IMG/VR virus record: IMGVR_UViG_3300025517_000001
Span: 1 to 64,000 of that record
Length of the DNA: 64,000 bases
From: a virus
Strand: one strand, 5' to 3'
Below, piece after piece: positions 43,756 through 53,244 of this stretch. The translations under genes and the position numbers were made by a program. Each line of letters opens with the position of its first letter. Position 1 is the stretch's first letter. The notes beneath the pieces were generated by a model. The model saw only the letters and a program-made list of their open reading frames with translations. It did not search any database and had not been told where the DNA came from.

Positions 43756-44103
43756 TTACGCACCCTTTTTTAATTTGTCCTTGTCTACTTTCCGCATCCA
43801 ACGGTAAAGCCGGAGGACCTGTGTAAGGTCAATTTTGTAGAGGCGGGATAGAGCCATAAGAGCACCTTCCTCAGTAATGCCTATTGCTTTGGCGTTAATT
43901 GGGGTCCCATCAATATCAACTACAGATACTTTAAAATAAAGAGAGTCAGGAATCTTGCGAAGTGAGTTTGTGACATTGGTATTGCCGTGACCAACGGCAC
44001 GAAGCAGGTCATTCAAGCAGAACATGAGTTCACCTTCCACTAAACCCACCCGAACCGGGTGATTCCCATATTTAAGGACTGTCCCCAGGTCTTTACTAGC
44101 CAT
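43756..44103 (-). CDS. Bro-N/KilA-N-like DNA-binding protein (115 aa), moron in opposite orientation
   Basis: ATG 44103 (MASKDLG) behind GGGAGAGG; segment NHPVRVGLVEGELMFCLNDLLRAVGH resembles a Bro-N domain; has its own class-2 motif. Confidence 0.5.
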   Translation of the reverse strand: MASKDLGTVLKYGNHPVRVGLVEGELMFCLNDLLRAVGHGNTNVTNSLRKIPDSLYFKVSVVDIDGTPINAKAIGITEEGALMALSRLYKIDLTQVLRLYRWMRKVDKDKLKKGA

Positions 44104-44126
44104 TGATACCTCTCCCTTATCAGTAC

Positions 44127-44167
44127 TCTCACTTATACTGTCACTATTTTTCATTAATTGGTTGCAT
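44127..44167 (-). promoter_or_regulatory. class-2 conserved promoter-like motif
   Basis: ATGCAAC-N18-GACAGTATAAGTGAGAGT on the minus strand. Confidence 0.55.
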
Positions 44168-44203
44168 GAAATTAGAAAGTGAATGGTAACATCTCTTCTT
44201 TTC

Positions 44204-44262
44204 AAAAATAAAAATCTTTGAATGGTATTTTTGGTCACGGATTTTAAAAATAAAAATCTTTG
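44204..44262. repeat. 17-bp perfect direct repeat pair
   Basis: AAAAATAAAAATCTTTG at 44204-44220 and 44246-44262. Confidence 0.9.
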
Positions 44263-44282
44263 TAGTGTAAATTTTACTATGG

Positions 44283-44328
44283 AAGTATAGAAATAGTACT
44301 TAAAAAGATTAAGTATAGAAATAATACT
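44283..44328. repeat. 18-bp direct repeat pair (1 mismatch)
   Basis: AAGTATAGAAATAGTACT (44283-44300) and AAGTATAGAAATAATACT (44311-44328). Confidence 0.9.
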
Positions 44329-44430
44329 CTCCTGCGGAGAGGTTCGTCGCGGGGATGTGAAGTTTTACTCTACTGTCCTTATATTGAGAGTGTACGCACA
44401 ACGGCGGCCGCGCCGCATAGGGGGATGTCT

Positions 44431-45717
44431 ATGAAAAAGATTTTCGTTTTGGATACCAATGTCATCCTGTCAGACTACATGTCTATTTATGCTTTTGAAG
44501 ATAACGTAGTCGTACTGCCCTCTACTGTCCTTGAGGAGGTAGACTCTAAGAAAGATCGTACAGATGGCGTTGGCCTCAACGCCCGCGCCTTTAGTCGTGA
44601 GATTGATAATCTTCGCAAGATTGCACCCCTCCACAAGGGAGTGCCTCTACCCAACGGCGGGACATTGGTGACAGATATTGTACCTTCCGCATCTTCCGTT
44701 TACGACTTCTTTATGGAGAAGACCCCTGACAACGCTATTCTAGCTTTAGCGTGGCAAATAGGAGGTCGTGAGGAGTCTCCTGTTATCTTGGTATCCAAAG
44801 ACGTTAACATGCGCGTCAAAGCCGATACGGTTGGCTTGGTGGCGCAGGACTACATGAACGATAAGGTACTCACCTCTGCTGACGATAAGTACAAAGGCTT
44901 CAGAGAGATCGAAACCGATAGTGATTCCATTAACACCTTTTACTCTGAGAAGTCCCTGCCGATGGACGGATTTAACGAGAACGAATTTATAATTTTAAAA
45001 CATAGCCGCCAGAGCGCTCTGGGGCGCGTATACGGCGGTTTTATGCGTCCCCTATATAATTACACTGGTCAACTCGTTTGGGGCCTTACAGCGCGAAATG
45101 TGGGCCAGAGAATGGCATTAGATTTGCTACTCGACCCAAACATCCCTCTGGTGACCATTACAGGGAAGGCGGGGACGGGTAAAACACTCCTCGCACTCGC
45201 CGCCGCCCTTCAACAGACGTTGGATGATAAACGCTATCGCAACGTGCTTGTAGCGCGTCCTGTAGTCCCTATGGGGAATGACATTGGATACCTGCCGGGC
45301 GAGATGGAAGAGAAGCTACGCCCTTGGATGCAACCGATCTACGACAACCTTGAGTTCTTGTTCAACTGTAAGAACGAGAGCGACCTAGACAAAATCCTCG
45401 CGGGTATGTGTGAACTGAAGGTAGAGGCTCTCACGTACATTCGCGGACGATCTATCCCTGAGCAGTTCATTATCATTGACGAGGCCCAAAACCTCACAAA
45501 GCACGAGATCAAGACCATCCTTACCCGTGTGGGTGAGGGTAGTAAAATTGTCCTAATAGGCGACCCTGAGCAGATTGACCACCCGTATCTCGATCAGTTT
45601 AGTAACGGTCTGACTTACGTGGTAGAGACCATGAAAGAGCAAAAACTTGCGGGGCACGTACATCTGGAGAAAGGTGAACGCTCTGCATTAGCACAGCTGT
45701 GCGCCGACATGCTATAA
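44431..45717 (+). CDS. phoH: PIN-domain / PhoH-like ATPase fusion (PhoH2-type)
   Basis: N-terminal PIN-like FVLDTNVILSD; Walker A GKAGTGKT, Walker B IIIDEAQN. Confidence 0.8.
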   Translation: MKKIFVLDTNVILSDYMSIYAFEDNVVVLPSTVLEEVDSKKDRTDGVGLNARAFSREIDNLRKIAPLHKGVPLPNGGTLVTDIVPSASSVYDFFMEKTPDNAILALAWQIGGREESPVILVSKDVNMRVKADTVGLVAQDYMNDKVLTSADDKYKGFREIETDSDSINTFYSEKSLPMDGFNENEFIILKHSRQSALGRVYGGFMRPLYNYTGQLVWGLTARNVGQRMALDLLLDPNIPLVTITGKAGTGKTLLALAAALQQTLDDKRYRNVLVARPVVPMGNDIGYLPGEMEEKLRPWMQPIYDNLEFLFNCKNESDLDKILAGMCELKVEALTYIRGRSIPEQFIIIDEAQNLTKHEIKTILTRVGEGSKIVLIGDPEQIDHPYLDQFSNGLTYVVETMKEQKLAGHVHLEKGERSALAQLCADML

Positions 45718-45730
45718 GGAGGGTGCTTGC

Positions 45731-45889
45731 ATGCGCATCATTAGTAACACAAGCTATTGGGCGGCAAGTCGTATTGCATGGAGTCTCGGACTTAAAAGAG
45801 GCGAGTGGAAATTCGTATCAAGTCATAATATAGACCATAGCGGTATTCGGTTAGAGTTGCGGGGCGCAGATGTCATCCGCATGAGTTAG
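45731..45889 (+). CDS. possible 52-aa protein
   Basis: ATG 45731 behind AAGGAGGG; below the ORF-track cutoff. Confidence 0.45.
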   Translation: MRIISNTSYWAASRIAWSLGLKRGEWKFVSSHNIDHSGIRLELRGADVIRMS

Positions 45890-46013
45890 TAGGTTATTTT
45901 ACTGAAGCAGAGAGATGGTATTTATACGGCAGGTACGAGGACACGACCTCCTGTAGTTAATGCAGGAGGTTTCCCCACTATACTGAGATTTAGCTAGTGA
46001 AGGTGGTGATCTT

Positions 46014-47459
46014 GTGAGATTCTTTGAAAGACTCTGGTCTTTCGTCACGAGGCCTTGGGGCGGGTTTAATAAGCAAGAGTACTCCAGAAACGAACGAACC
46101 GTTACTGCTAGTAACTTCGGCGGGAGCAAGAAAACTGACGATATGGAAGGCGGGCAAGTACCTAAGCTCCGAAAACACATGCTACTTAACGATGTCGCGT
46201 TAAAGCGGTACTCTCCAAGGGAGGTACTTGAAATCTTGAAGTATAACCACCCTGATGTGTCTCAAGCGGTGTGGAACTTTAAGATCATCGGCAACTCAGG
46301 GTACCGGGTGAAAGTAACCCTACTGGATGGTGTTACTGAACACAAGTCAGGTCAGAAGCTGATCGAGGACTTCCTACGTAATCTTGAGTTTTACAACACG
46401 AACGGATACGAGAAGTCGAAGAGCATCAACAAGCTGACAGACGAAATGATTGACAACATCCTCATTCTCGGCGCGGCCTCGATGGAAATGGTAATGGACA
46501 GGAACTTTGAAAACGTGCTCTACTTTGCTCCTGTTGACCCTGACACTATCTCGTTTGAGATGGAGCAAGGGCGGCTTGTTCCCTACCAAAACACAAGCCG
46601 TAATGGAAAAATAAAATTAGATATTCCCACGTTCTTCTATGAGGGACTTGACGAGTCGGTTACAGACCCATACGGAACGTCTCCATTCCTGTCGGTAATC
46701 CAGACTATCCTGTTCCACTTACAGGTGCTCGAAGACCTGAAGATGATTATCCACAACCAAGGGTACGGAAAGTACGACATCAAGATTGTTGAGGAAGTCC
46801 TACTGAAGCGAATGCCGGTTAACATTCGCAACAACGAGGTGAAGAAACAGGCGTGGTTGGACGAACAGCTTAAATCAATCATTGAAGCCTACTCCAAGCT
46901 AGACCCTGACGCCGCCTTTGTTCACTTCGACTCCGTTGAAGTAGGCATGGTGGATGCGGCCAAGGCTACTATCGACCCGCAGAAGATTATGGCTGTGATC
47001 GACGCTATGATGAACAATGCTCTGAAACAGTTCTCCACCCTCATGGGGCGGCGCAGTACAGGCCAGACCGAACAGTACGCAAAAATGGAAATCAAAATCT
47101 TCATGAAGTCTGTACAGCGAGTGCAACGTATGATTGAGTCCATGTTCTCTAGGGCACTGACGAAACTGCTCAACATCAACGGTATGCAAGGATACGTGTT
47201 CTTTAAGTTTAATGACACTGAAATCCGTACCGAACTGGAGAAAGTGAATTTCGAGCAGATTGCGATTCAAAACGCCCAACGTAAACGCGACAACGGATGG
47301 ATTACGCAAGACGAGGCCGCCGAGGAGATCACTGGCCACAAAGCTGTTGGTGACCCTGATAAAGAGATGCTCGGCATCGTCAAGTCTGAGCCGAAAGGGG
47401 CGGCGGACGAACGTCAGCCAAATGACCCTCAGTCCTCTGATAGTACATCAAACACCTAG
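46014..47459 (+). CDS. portal protein
   Basis: 481 aa, located between the terminase region and the protease/scaffold; GTG behind GAAGGTGG. Confidence 0.7.
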   Translation: MRFFERLWSFVTRPWGGFNKQEYSRNERTVTASNFGGSKKTDDMEGGQVPKLRKHMLLNDVALKRYSPREVLEILKYNHPDVSQAVWNFKIIGNSGYRVKVTLLDGVTEHKSGQKLIEDFLRNLEFYNTNGYEKSKSINKLTDEMIDNILILGAASMEMVMDRNFENVLYFAPVDPDTISFEMEQGRLVPYQNTSRNGKIKLDIPTFFYEGLDESVTDPYGTSPFLSVIQTILFHLQVLEDLKMIIHNQGYGKYDIKIVEEVLLKRMPVNIRNNEVKKQAWLDEQLKSIIEAYSKLDPDAAFVHFDSVEVGMVDAAKATIDPQKIMAVIDAMMNNALKQFSTLMGRRSTGQTEQYAKMEIKIFMKSVQRVQRMIESMFSRALTKLLNINGMQGYVFFKFNDTEIRTELEKVNFEQIAIQNAQRKRDNGWITQDEAAEEITGHKAVGDPDKEMLGIVKSEPKGAADERQPNDPQSSDSTSNT

Positions 47460-47473
47460 CAGGAGGTAAAGAA

Positions 47474-47653
47474 ATGGAAGGAGCCTTATTTATCTTTAGA
47501 GATGGTACTAAGATTACTGGACATAGCCGACCTGATGATATTGTAGCCAAGTACAAGAGACTACAGGAAAAGGGTGCTCAGGTTCGGATTTCAGGCAAAG
47601 AAGTGCTGAAGATTGTGAATGATGGTGAGGTTATCTACTTCGCACCTGCATAA
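47474..47653 (+). CDS. possible 59-aa protein
   Basis: ATG 47474 behind AGGAGG + 7 nt; followed by a terminator. Confidence 0.5.
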   Translation: MEGALFIFRDGTKITGHSRPDDIVAKYKRLQEKGAQVRISGKEVLKIVNDGEVIYFAPA

Positions 47654-47660
47654 GCTGTGT

Positions 47661-47687
47661 ACGCCCCTGTGTTAAAGGGGCGTTTTC
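47661..47687 (+). terminator. rho-independent terminator
   Basis: ACGCCCC-N9-GGGGCGT followed by TTTT. Confidence 0.7.
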
Positions 47688-47732
47688 ATGTCCTTATAAT
47701 AAGTCCAGATTGGCTTAGGGGGTGTACGAGAT

Positions 47733-49166
47733 ATGCCGCGTCCTACTCCGGCTCAACTGAGGAAAATCAATAAACTTTCCCAGACTGAGTTGAAGGAAGA
47801 CCAAGTGTTCGTATTCCGTAGCCTATCTGCTGACACCCTTCCTGTTACGCGGTGGGGTTGGTTCGGAGAGTACAGCATCAACATGACCGAGAAGATGCTT
47901 CATAAGCTGAAGAAGGATTACCAAAAAGGCGTAGGTCTTTTGGCTTCCCATAACAGCTATCGTCTTCCGTTTGGTCGGACTTTCGATGCAGAAGTACTTG
48001 CAGATGAGGTTGACGGAGAAAGCGTTAAGACGCTGTATATCGACCATTACATCGTCACCCACGTCGAGGGTGAGAACGGAGAGCGCAGGGAACTGAATAC
48101 TGAAATTGGGATGACTACGCGAGAGATCGCTGACCATATTTCGGTAGGACACACGTTCGACACTTCTATTGGGTTCTCGATTGATGAACCTATCTGTTCG
48201 ATCTGTAAGAATAACATCCACGATTATGAGAAGTGCGAACACCTTCCCGGCCTGACTTACGATGTCGATGGCGAAATGGTTCGTTGTGACATTATTGCTG
48301 ATAGTGGTGAAGGCATCGAGAACTCCTTGGTGTATGCCGGGGCGGTAAATCGAGCGACTATCCAACGAGCACAAAAGGGTTTTGAAGGTTCCGAACAGTT
48401 TTCTGCTAACGGTCTACAAGAACCCGTTAAATTTGGCGAAATGGAACTCTATAATGTAGACGACATTAAGAGTTTGCCGAAGGGTGCAAAGATTCTGTGT
48501 TTCCTGTCAAAAGGAAACCTGCAACTCTATACTAATACTCCTGAGCGCAGAAACTTCATGGAGTTCAAGAAAGGACGTGAAGAGATGGGCGCAAACGCAC
48601 AAGCGCAACCGCAGACACAGGAGACCGATCTGGTAGCTATGTCTGTATCTGCCGAGGATATGGTGCTCAAGTCTGTGCATGAGGCTGAACTGGCTAAGAA
48701 AGAGGATGAACTGCAAGTAGCTCTGGGCCGCATCTCCGAACTGGAGGCGCAACTGAAAGCAGAGCAGGCACGGGTGGAGGAACTTTCCGTTAAAGCCGCT
48801 CTCGCTGACCAGTTCACTGAAAGCTTGATTGAGGATACTGTCAAGGCAGGCGTAGCCGCTCGCGGTAACGCATTCAACGCAGAGCGTTATGAAAAATATC
48901 TGCGCACTCTCAGCGTAGAGGAGATTAAAGAAGAACTGGCGGCCATGAAGAAAGAGTTCTCCGGTGCTATCCAAGAGGCGGCGGCTCAAGTAACAGAGTC
49001 CGAAGCTGAAACCGAACGCAACGAGGCTCCTCTTCAACAAATGAGCAAAGCCGAACTCCGTCAGGAAGCCGCTAAGATTGCTTTCCAACGCTACAAGCGT
49101 GAGGGCGGCAATCTTGAAGAACTGACGAAACAAGTACTGGCTGAACTTGAAGGTAAAGCGAAGTAA
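47733..49166 (+). CDS. putative prohead protease / scaffolding fusion protein
   Basis: globular N-terminal half with a CSIC...CEH cluster; Ala/Glu/Lys-rich coiled-coil C-terminal half; position between portal and capsid. Confidence 0.5.
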   Translation: MPRPTPAQLRKINKLSQTELKEDQVFVFRSLSADTLPVTRWGWFGEYSINMTEKMLHKLKKDYQKGVGLLASHNSYRLPFGRTFDAEVLADEVDGESVKTLYIDHYIVTHVEGENGERRELNTEIGMTTREIADHISVGHTFDTSIGFSIDEPICSICKNNIHDYEKCEHLPGLTYDVDGEMVRCDIIADSGEGIENSLVYAGAVNRATIQRAQKGFEGSEQFSANGLQEPVKFGEMELYNVDDIKSLPKGAKILCFLSKGNLQLYTNTPERRNFMEFKKGREEMGANAQAQPQTQETDLVAMSVSAEDMVLKSVHEAELAKKEDELQVALGRISELEAQLKAEQARVEELSVKAALADQFTESLIEDTVKAGVAARGNAFNAERYEKYLRTLSVEEIKEELAAMKKEFSGAIQEAAAQVTESEAETERNEAPLQQMSKAELRQEAAKIAFQRYKREGGNLEELTKQVLAELEGKAK

Positions 49167-49184
49167 TAAAGGAGGGTAAACACA

Positions 49185-49586
49185 ATGGCAGGTAATGTAA
49201 CAGGCTTTCAGCGCCCGTATACGTTCCGTGAAAACGCAACCTACAAGACTGTAGGTGTCAGCCAAGCTGTTACTTACGGTGACAACGCCCGTGAGGTTCA
49301 GGTTCCCGAATCCGACAACATGCCTCCGGTTGGGGTTGTTACCTATCAATACGAAGACCGCGACGGCGGTACTGTAGCAGTACAGCTTGACCGAATTGCT
49401 GAGATCGAGGCAGTTGAGAACATCTCCTTCGGTGAAGATGTTATCGTTGCCGCGGGCGGTAAAGCAAAACGTGCCGCAGGTCTCTCCGCAGGCACTACTG
49501 CTTATGTACTTGGCGAAGCACAAAACACCGTTGTAGCAGGGCAAATGGTACAGGTACTGATTCGCCCGAAAGTCTACACGGTGTAA
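49185..49586 (+). CDS. putative head decoration / capsid cement protein (DUF2190-like)
   Basis: 133 aa immediately upstream of the major capsid gene; AAAGGAGGG RBS. Confidence 0.45.
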   Translation: MAGNVTGFQRPYTFRENATYKTVGVSQAVTYGDNAREVQVPESDNMPPVGVVTYQYEDRDGGTVAVQLDRIAEIEAVENISFGEDVIVAAGGKAKRAAGLSAGTTAYVLGEAQNTVVAGQMVQVLIRPKVYTV

Positions 49587-49604
49587 TAGAGGGGGTTCCA
49601 GTAG

Positions 49605-50615
49605 ATGTCTACCTACGGTCAACACAATATTAAGAATACACACTACGACCAATATCTTACGAATATTTCGGTGTCTTACCAAGATAACCAACAATTTATC
49701 GGTGAGACTGTCATCCCGGTCGTAGAAGTGGACAAGCAATCCGATAAGTACATGGTATTCGATTACCAAGATCACATGATCGCTGATGACGACATCCGCC
49801 GCGCTCCGGGTACGGTGGCGTCCGAAATGCGGACCGGATGGTCGGATGATGCGTTCTACTGCGAAGGCTATGCGAAGCGTTACGCTTTGTATGATGAAGA
49901 AATCGCCAACGCAGACCAAGATCGCATCTTCAACCTGAAGGAAATGGCGGCTAAGCAGGTTAAAGCGAAACTGCTCCTGAACAAAGAGTTGAAGTCTGCT
50001 GAACTGCTGACGAACCCGAACAACTTCCACCCTGATCTGCGCATCTCCTTCGGTGGCGCGGGCGACCCTGCGAAGTGGTCCGACTTCGACAACAGTAACC
50101 CGATTCTTGACATCTTCAAGATTCGTGAGAAAGCTGAGCGTCTGGGTGCTATGGATTTCAACACGCTTGTCCTGTCCAAGCCTGTTTACAACATCCTGAA
50201 GATGCACCCGAAACTGAAATCCACCGTAGCAGGTTGGACTTCTCCTGAGTTCGTTTCCGACGAACTGATTAAACAACTGCTCGGCGTTGATCGCCTGATC
50301 GTTGCTAACGCACGTAAGGCTACCTCTGCACAACGCCGCGTAGGTGAGGGCGGCCTGACCAACTACATCTGGGGCAACAACGCTATCCTGATGTATCTGC
50401 CGAACTCTCCGGGCCGTGACATCCCGGCGGCGGCTTACACGTTCCAGTGGACCAACCCGCAAGCGAACGTGGTCGGTGCTCAGAAGACCCGTGAATACTA
50501 CGACGAGGCTTCTAAGACGCTGTGGATTGAAACGGAAGAGTGGTTCGCTCAGAAAGTCGTATCCAAACTGGGTGCGGTTGTTCTGCCTGACGTAGTAGAC
50601 CCGCTCGTACCGTAA
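49605..50615 (+). CDS. major capsid protein
   Basis: 336 aa, position, strong RBS, and a strong terminator directly downstream. Confidence 0.7.
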   Translation: MSTYGQHNIKNTHYDQYLTNISVSYQDNQQFIGETVIPVVEVDKQSDKYMVFDYQDHMIADDDIRRAPGTVASEMRTGWSDDAFYCEGYAKRYALYDEEIANADQDRIFNLKEMAAKQVKAKLLLNKELKSAELLTNPNNFHPDLRISFGGAGDPAKWSDFDNSNPILDIFKIREKAERLGAMDFNTLVLSKPVYNILKMHPKLKSTVAGWTSPEFVSDELIKQLLGVDRLIVANARKATSAQRRVGEGGLTNYIWGNNAILMYLPNSPGRDIPAAAYTFQWTNPQANVVGAQKTREYYDEASKTLWIETEEWFAQKVVSKLGAVVLPDVVDPLVP

Positions 50616-50634
50616 TAAAGCATAGCATGCAATA

Positions 50635-50670
50635 GGTGGGCTAGGGAGGTAAATCCCTCCCACCTTTTTT
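50635..50670 (+). terminator. rho-independent terminator
   Basis: GGTGGG..AGGGA-GGTAAA-TCCCTCCCACC followed by T6. Confidence 0.8.
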
Positions 50671-50707
50671 GCTATATCCATAGTACCTAAGAATGGAGGT
50701 AATGTCA

Positions 50708-51103
50708 ATGGCACGTGGTAAGAAAGCTACAACTACCGAGGAAGTAAAAGTGGATGCTGTTGTTGAAGAAAATGCGGCGGAGCAAGTAAAGCAATCCAAG
50801 GAAGAGGTCAAAGAGACCAAAGAGAAGGCTTCCACTAAGAAAGAAGAGGTCAAAGTTGTACGTGAGACCGTCCATCAACTTGGCATCTTCACTGACTACA
50901 TCTACAACGTAGTGAATAAAGGGGCTAAAGTAGTCGTTGAGAACCTTGGTTACGGTGACATCTACGTAGACACTGAAGGACTTGCAAAGGTAGGTCAGTC
51001 CAAACGACTGATGTTCAAAGAGTCCATCGAGTTTGAAGGTGTAGAGAAGGTTTATCTGGCATCCGCAAGTCAACCAGTAGCACAAATTCTGGAAATCAAG
51101 TAA
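50708..51103 (+). CDS. hypothetical structural-module protein (131 aa) with K/E-rich N-terminus
   Basis: ATG 50708 lies 8 nt after GGAGG. Confidence 0.55.
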   Translation: MARGKKATTTEEVKVDAVVEENAAEQVKQSKEEVKETKEKASTKKEEVKVVRETVHQLGIFTDYIYNVVNKGAKVVVENLGYGDIYVDTEGLAKVGQSKRLMFKESIEFEGVEKVYLASASQPVAQILEIK

Positions 51104-51117
51104 GGTAGGTGGTCTTT

Positions 51118-51573
51118 ATGGCCCTTATCATTGACCCTAGTACCGACACTATGTTTTATGATTCCGTTCGCAGGTTGCTCGGCGGGGTCGATGAGGACAT
51201 TCTACCTAACGAGGACATTAGCGACCCTGCTATTCTCGATATGGCGGAACTGCGAGTCATCGACCTAGTTCCCGATTACACTAACCTGTCACCTACTGAC
51301 TTTGCAAAGGTCAGACTTGCGACAATCTACATCGTAGCTTCCCTCCTGTGCCCTTCTATGGCTAACAGGGTTGACATAGAGGTTAAGACGATTGATGTCC
51401 ATTGGAAGCGTAAGTCAATCAACTACGCTGAGTTGGCGCAGATGCTACTCGACAGGGCATTGGATTTACTGGATGATCTAGTCGAGCTTGGAGGAGACCC
51501 TAGGATTTTCGCGATTGCTCCTTCTAAAAGGGCGGTGAGGGCGCGTGAAAAAGGCAAAGGCCCGTATTATTAA
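51118..51573 (+). CDS. putative head-tail connector (adaptor) protein
   Basis: size and position after the capsid gene; ATG 51118. Confidence 0.45.
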   Translation: MALIIDPSTDTMFYDSVRRLLGGVDEDILPNEDISDPAILDMAELRVIDLVPDYTNLSPTDFAKVRLATIYIVASLLCPSMANRVDIEVKTIDVHWKRKSINYAELAQMLLDRALDLLDDLVELGGDPRIFAIAPSKRAVRAREKGKGPYY

Positions 51574-52162
51574 GACACAGGGCACGGACGTGCAGGTAAC
51601 ACGGTACATGTCCGGTGTCCCTGTCACTTTTGAAACTAAGGCCCTCCTTGGGAGGATGAACAAGCAAGTAACCAACATGAAACAGTTGGAGAGCTTCAAG
51701 GAGGGCATATTCCTGCCTGACTCTGGTGTGGACGGCGGTGATTTCGTGTACAACTTAGCGCAGGGCGAGAACTATGTCGTGAGTGCCACCCACCTAGAGC
51801 CGTACAGAAACAGTACTATCTCTATTGTTGCCACGATGTTGAAATGTAATCACCTAATGACGGTAAAAAGCCTACAAAAAGTGGCAGACACGAGGGGCAA
51901 CCTGAAGACGGAACTCGTCACCACTTACACAGGAATCCCTTGCTTTTTAGAGCAGGTAACAAATGAACTACGCCAGATCGACGCGGGCATCCACCCGGAC
52001 ACCGAGTACAGAATCTACACTTCTGCATTGGACATTAAGGAGACAGATCAAGTAACTATCCATATCCACGCCAAGGAAGAAGCATTCAAGGTAATCGCCC
52101 TTGATTTCGTCACTTTCCCTAAGATGTTGGTTATGGAAGTAAGCCGAGACGTAAGGAAGTGA
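51545..52162 (+). CDS. putative head closure / head-tail joining protein
   Basis: GTG behind GGTGAGGG; overlaps the upstream gene; synteny. Confidence 0.4.
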   Translation: MKKAKARIIKTQGTDVQVTRYMSGVPVTFETKALLGRMNKQVTNMKQLESFKEGIFLPDSGVDGGDFVYNLAQGENYVVSATHLEPYRNSTISIVATMLKCNHLMTVKSLQKVADTRGNLKTELVTTYTGIPCFLEQVTNELRQIDAGIHPDTEYRIYTSALDIKETDQVTIHIHAKEEAFKVIALDFVTFPKMLVMEVSRDVRK

Positions 52163-52166
52163 GAAC

Positions 52167-52784
52167 ATGGGCAGGTTTATCGGCTTCGATGAAACTGGCT
52201 TTATCGCCGCCCTGAAAAGGGCGGTGAAAGGTGTATTGGACACCGTAAGCAAGAACGTATACAGGTCCATGCTTCACAACTTGTCTCAACTGAAGGTTCG
52301 TAGTGTAGATGCGGAGCACGTCTCTTCATTCCCACACGCGATACGTATGACTAATAAGGTTGCGGCCACTAAGTTCGTTACCCACTTCGGTATGTCGAAC
52401 AACAGACCTAACCAGTCATTCCGCGCTCTGTACTACGAGTACGGTACAGGGTCAAACATGCGGCCTCCTAGCAACTGGTCTCCTTCTGACGAATGGAATA
52501 ACTGGAACCCTGTTCGTCCGAAACAGAAAGGAGCACCGATCTACTATCGTGGCGGAAAATGGCAGGACTTGGGTGGAAACTGGCATAAAGGCGGGGTTAA
52601 TCCGGGAGTGAAGAAGATCATCCCAAGGAAGAACCCTTACGGGCATCCAGTGCGAGCGCATTACTGGTTCAGAGGGGCGCTGAGAGAAGGGACAAGGAAC
52701 CTCGATACGCTTGTTCTCCAGGCTGTTAAATCTGTGCCAGTTACTTCTTATATTAAGATACGAGATATACGAGCAAGGATGTGA
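52167..52784 (+). CDS. putative HK97-gp10-like tail component
   Basis: synteny and size. Confidence 0.4.
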   Translation: MGRFIGFDETGFIAALKRAVKGVLDTVSKNVYRSMLHNLSQLKVRSVDAEHVSSFPHAIRMTNKVAATKFVTHFGMSNNRPNQSFRALYYEYGTGSNMRPPSNWSPSDEWNNWNPVRPKQKGAPIYYRGGKWQDLGGNWHKGGVNPGVKKIIPRKNPYGHPVRAHYWFRGALREGTRNLDTLVLQAVKSVPVTSYIKIRDIRARM

Positions 52785-52788
52785 TGTG

Positions 52789-53238
52789 ATGTCCCTCTTA
52801 CGTATGTCAGACCTATACGCATACATCCACACCGTCCTGCGAGAGGATGGGGTAATTCGGAGTCTGATGGGCTTCACTCCATCCACAACTTTGGAGGAAA
52901 TGGCTCAGAAGATTCAGAAGAAACGCAAGCCTACGAGCCTTGTATCAGAAAACCTCCCTATCATTTCGTTTTACGCTAATCCCGGTTTGCGAGGGGACAA
53001 CCACCTAGAGTATATGGTAGCCTTCGACTTTGACATCTATGTACTAGATGGGGATGAGGAGACTGCCATCAACATAGCAGATCGGATTAACGAATTGTTC
53101 AACGAGCAGTACATCGGGTTGAAGTGCGTGAGTTCGCTTAAAAGCGAGTTTATGACAATGGGTGAGGTCGAAACCGACCAAGAAGACACCTATCAGTTTT
53201 TCACGCAAATTCTTTTCACTATTGCGATTGAGGGGTGA
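52789..53238 (+). CDS. putative tail completion / terminator protein
   Basis: ATG 52789 (MSLLRMSD) behind AAGGA + 9 nt; located directly before the tail tube gene. Confidence 0.45.
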   Translation: MSLLRMSDLYAYIHTVLREDGVIRSLMGFTPSTTLEEMAQKIQKKRKPTSLVSENLPIISFYANPGLRGDNHLEYMVAFDFDIYVLDGDEETAINIADRINELFNEQYIGLKCVSSLKSEFMTMGEVETDQEDTYQFFTQILFTIAIEG

Positions 53239-53244
53239 ACCTGA

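Noticed and set aside
48507-50714. 735-aa minus-strand ORF spanning the scaffold, decoration and capsid genes
   Set aside because: It is antisense to three well-supported + strand genes with strong RBSs. It has no RBS and an L/R/V/F-rich, junk-like composition. It even runs through a terminator hairpin. This is most likely a by-product of sense-strand codon usage.
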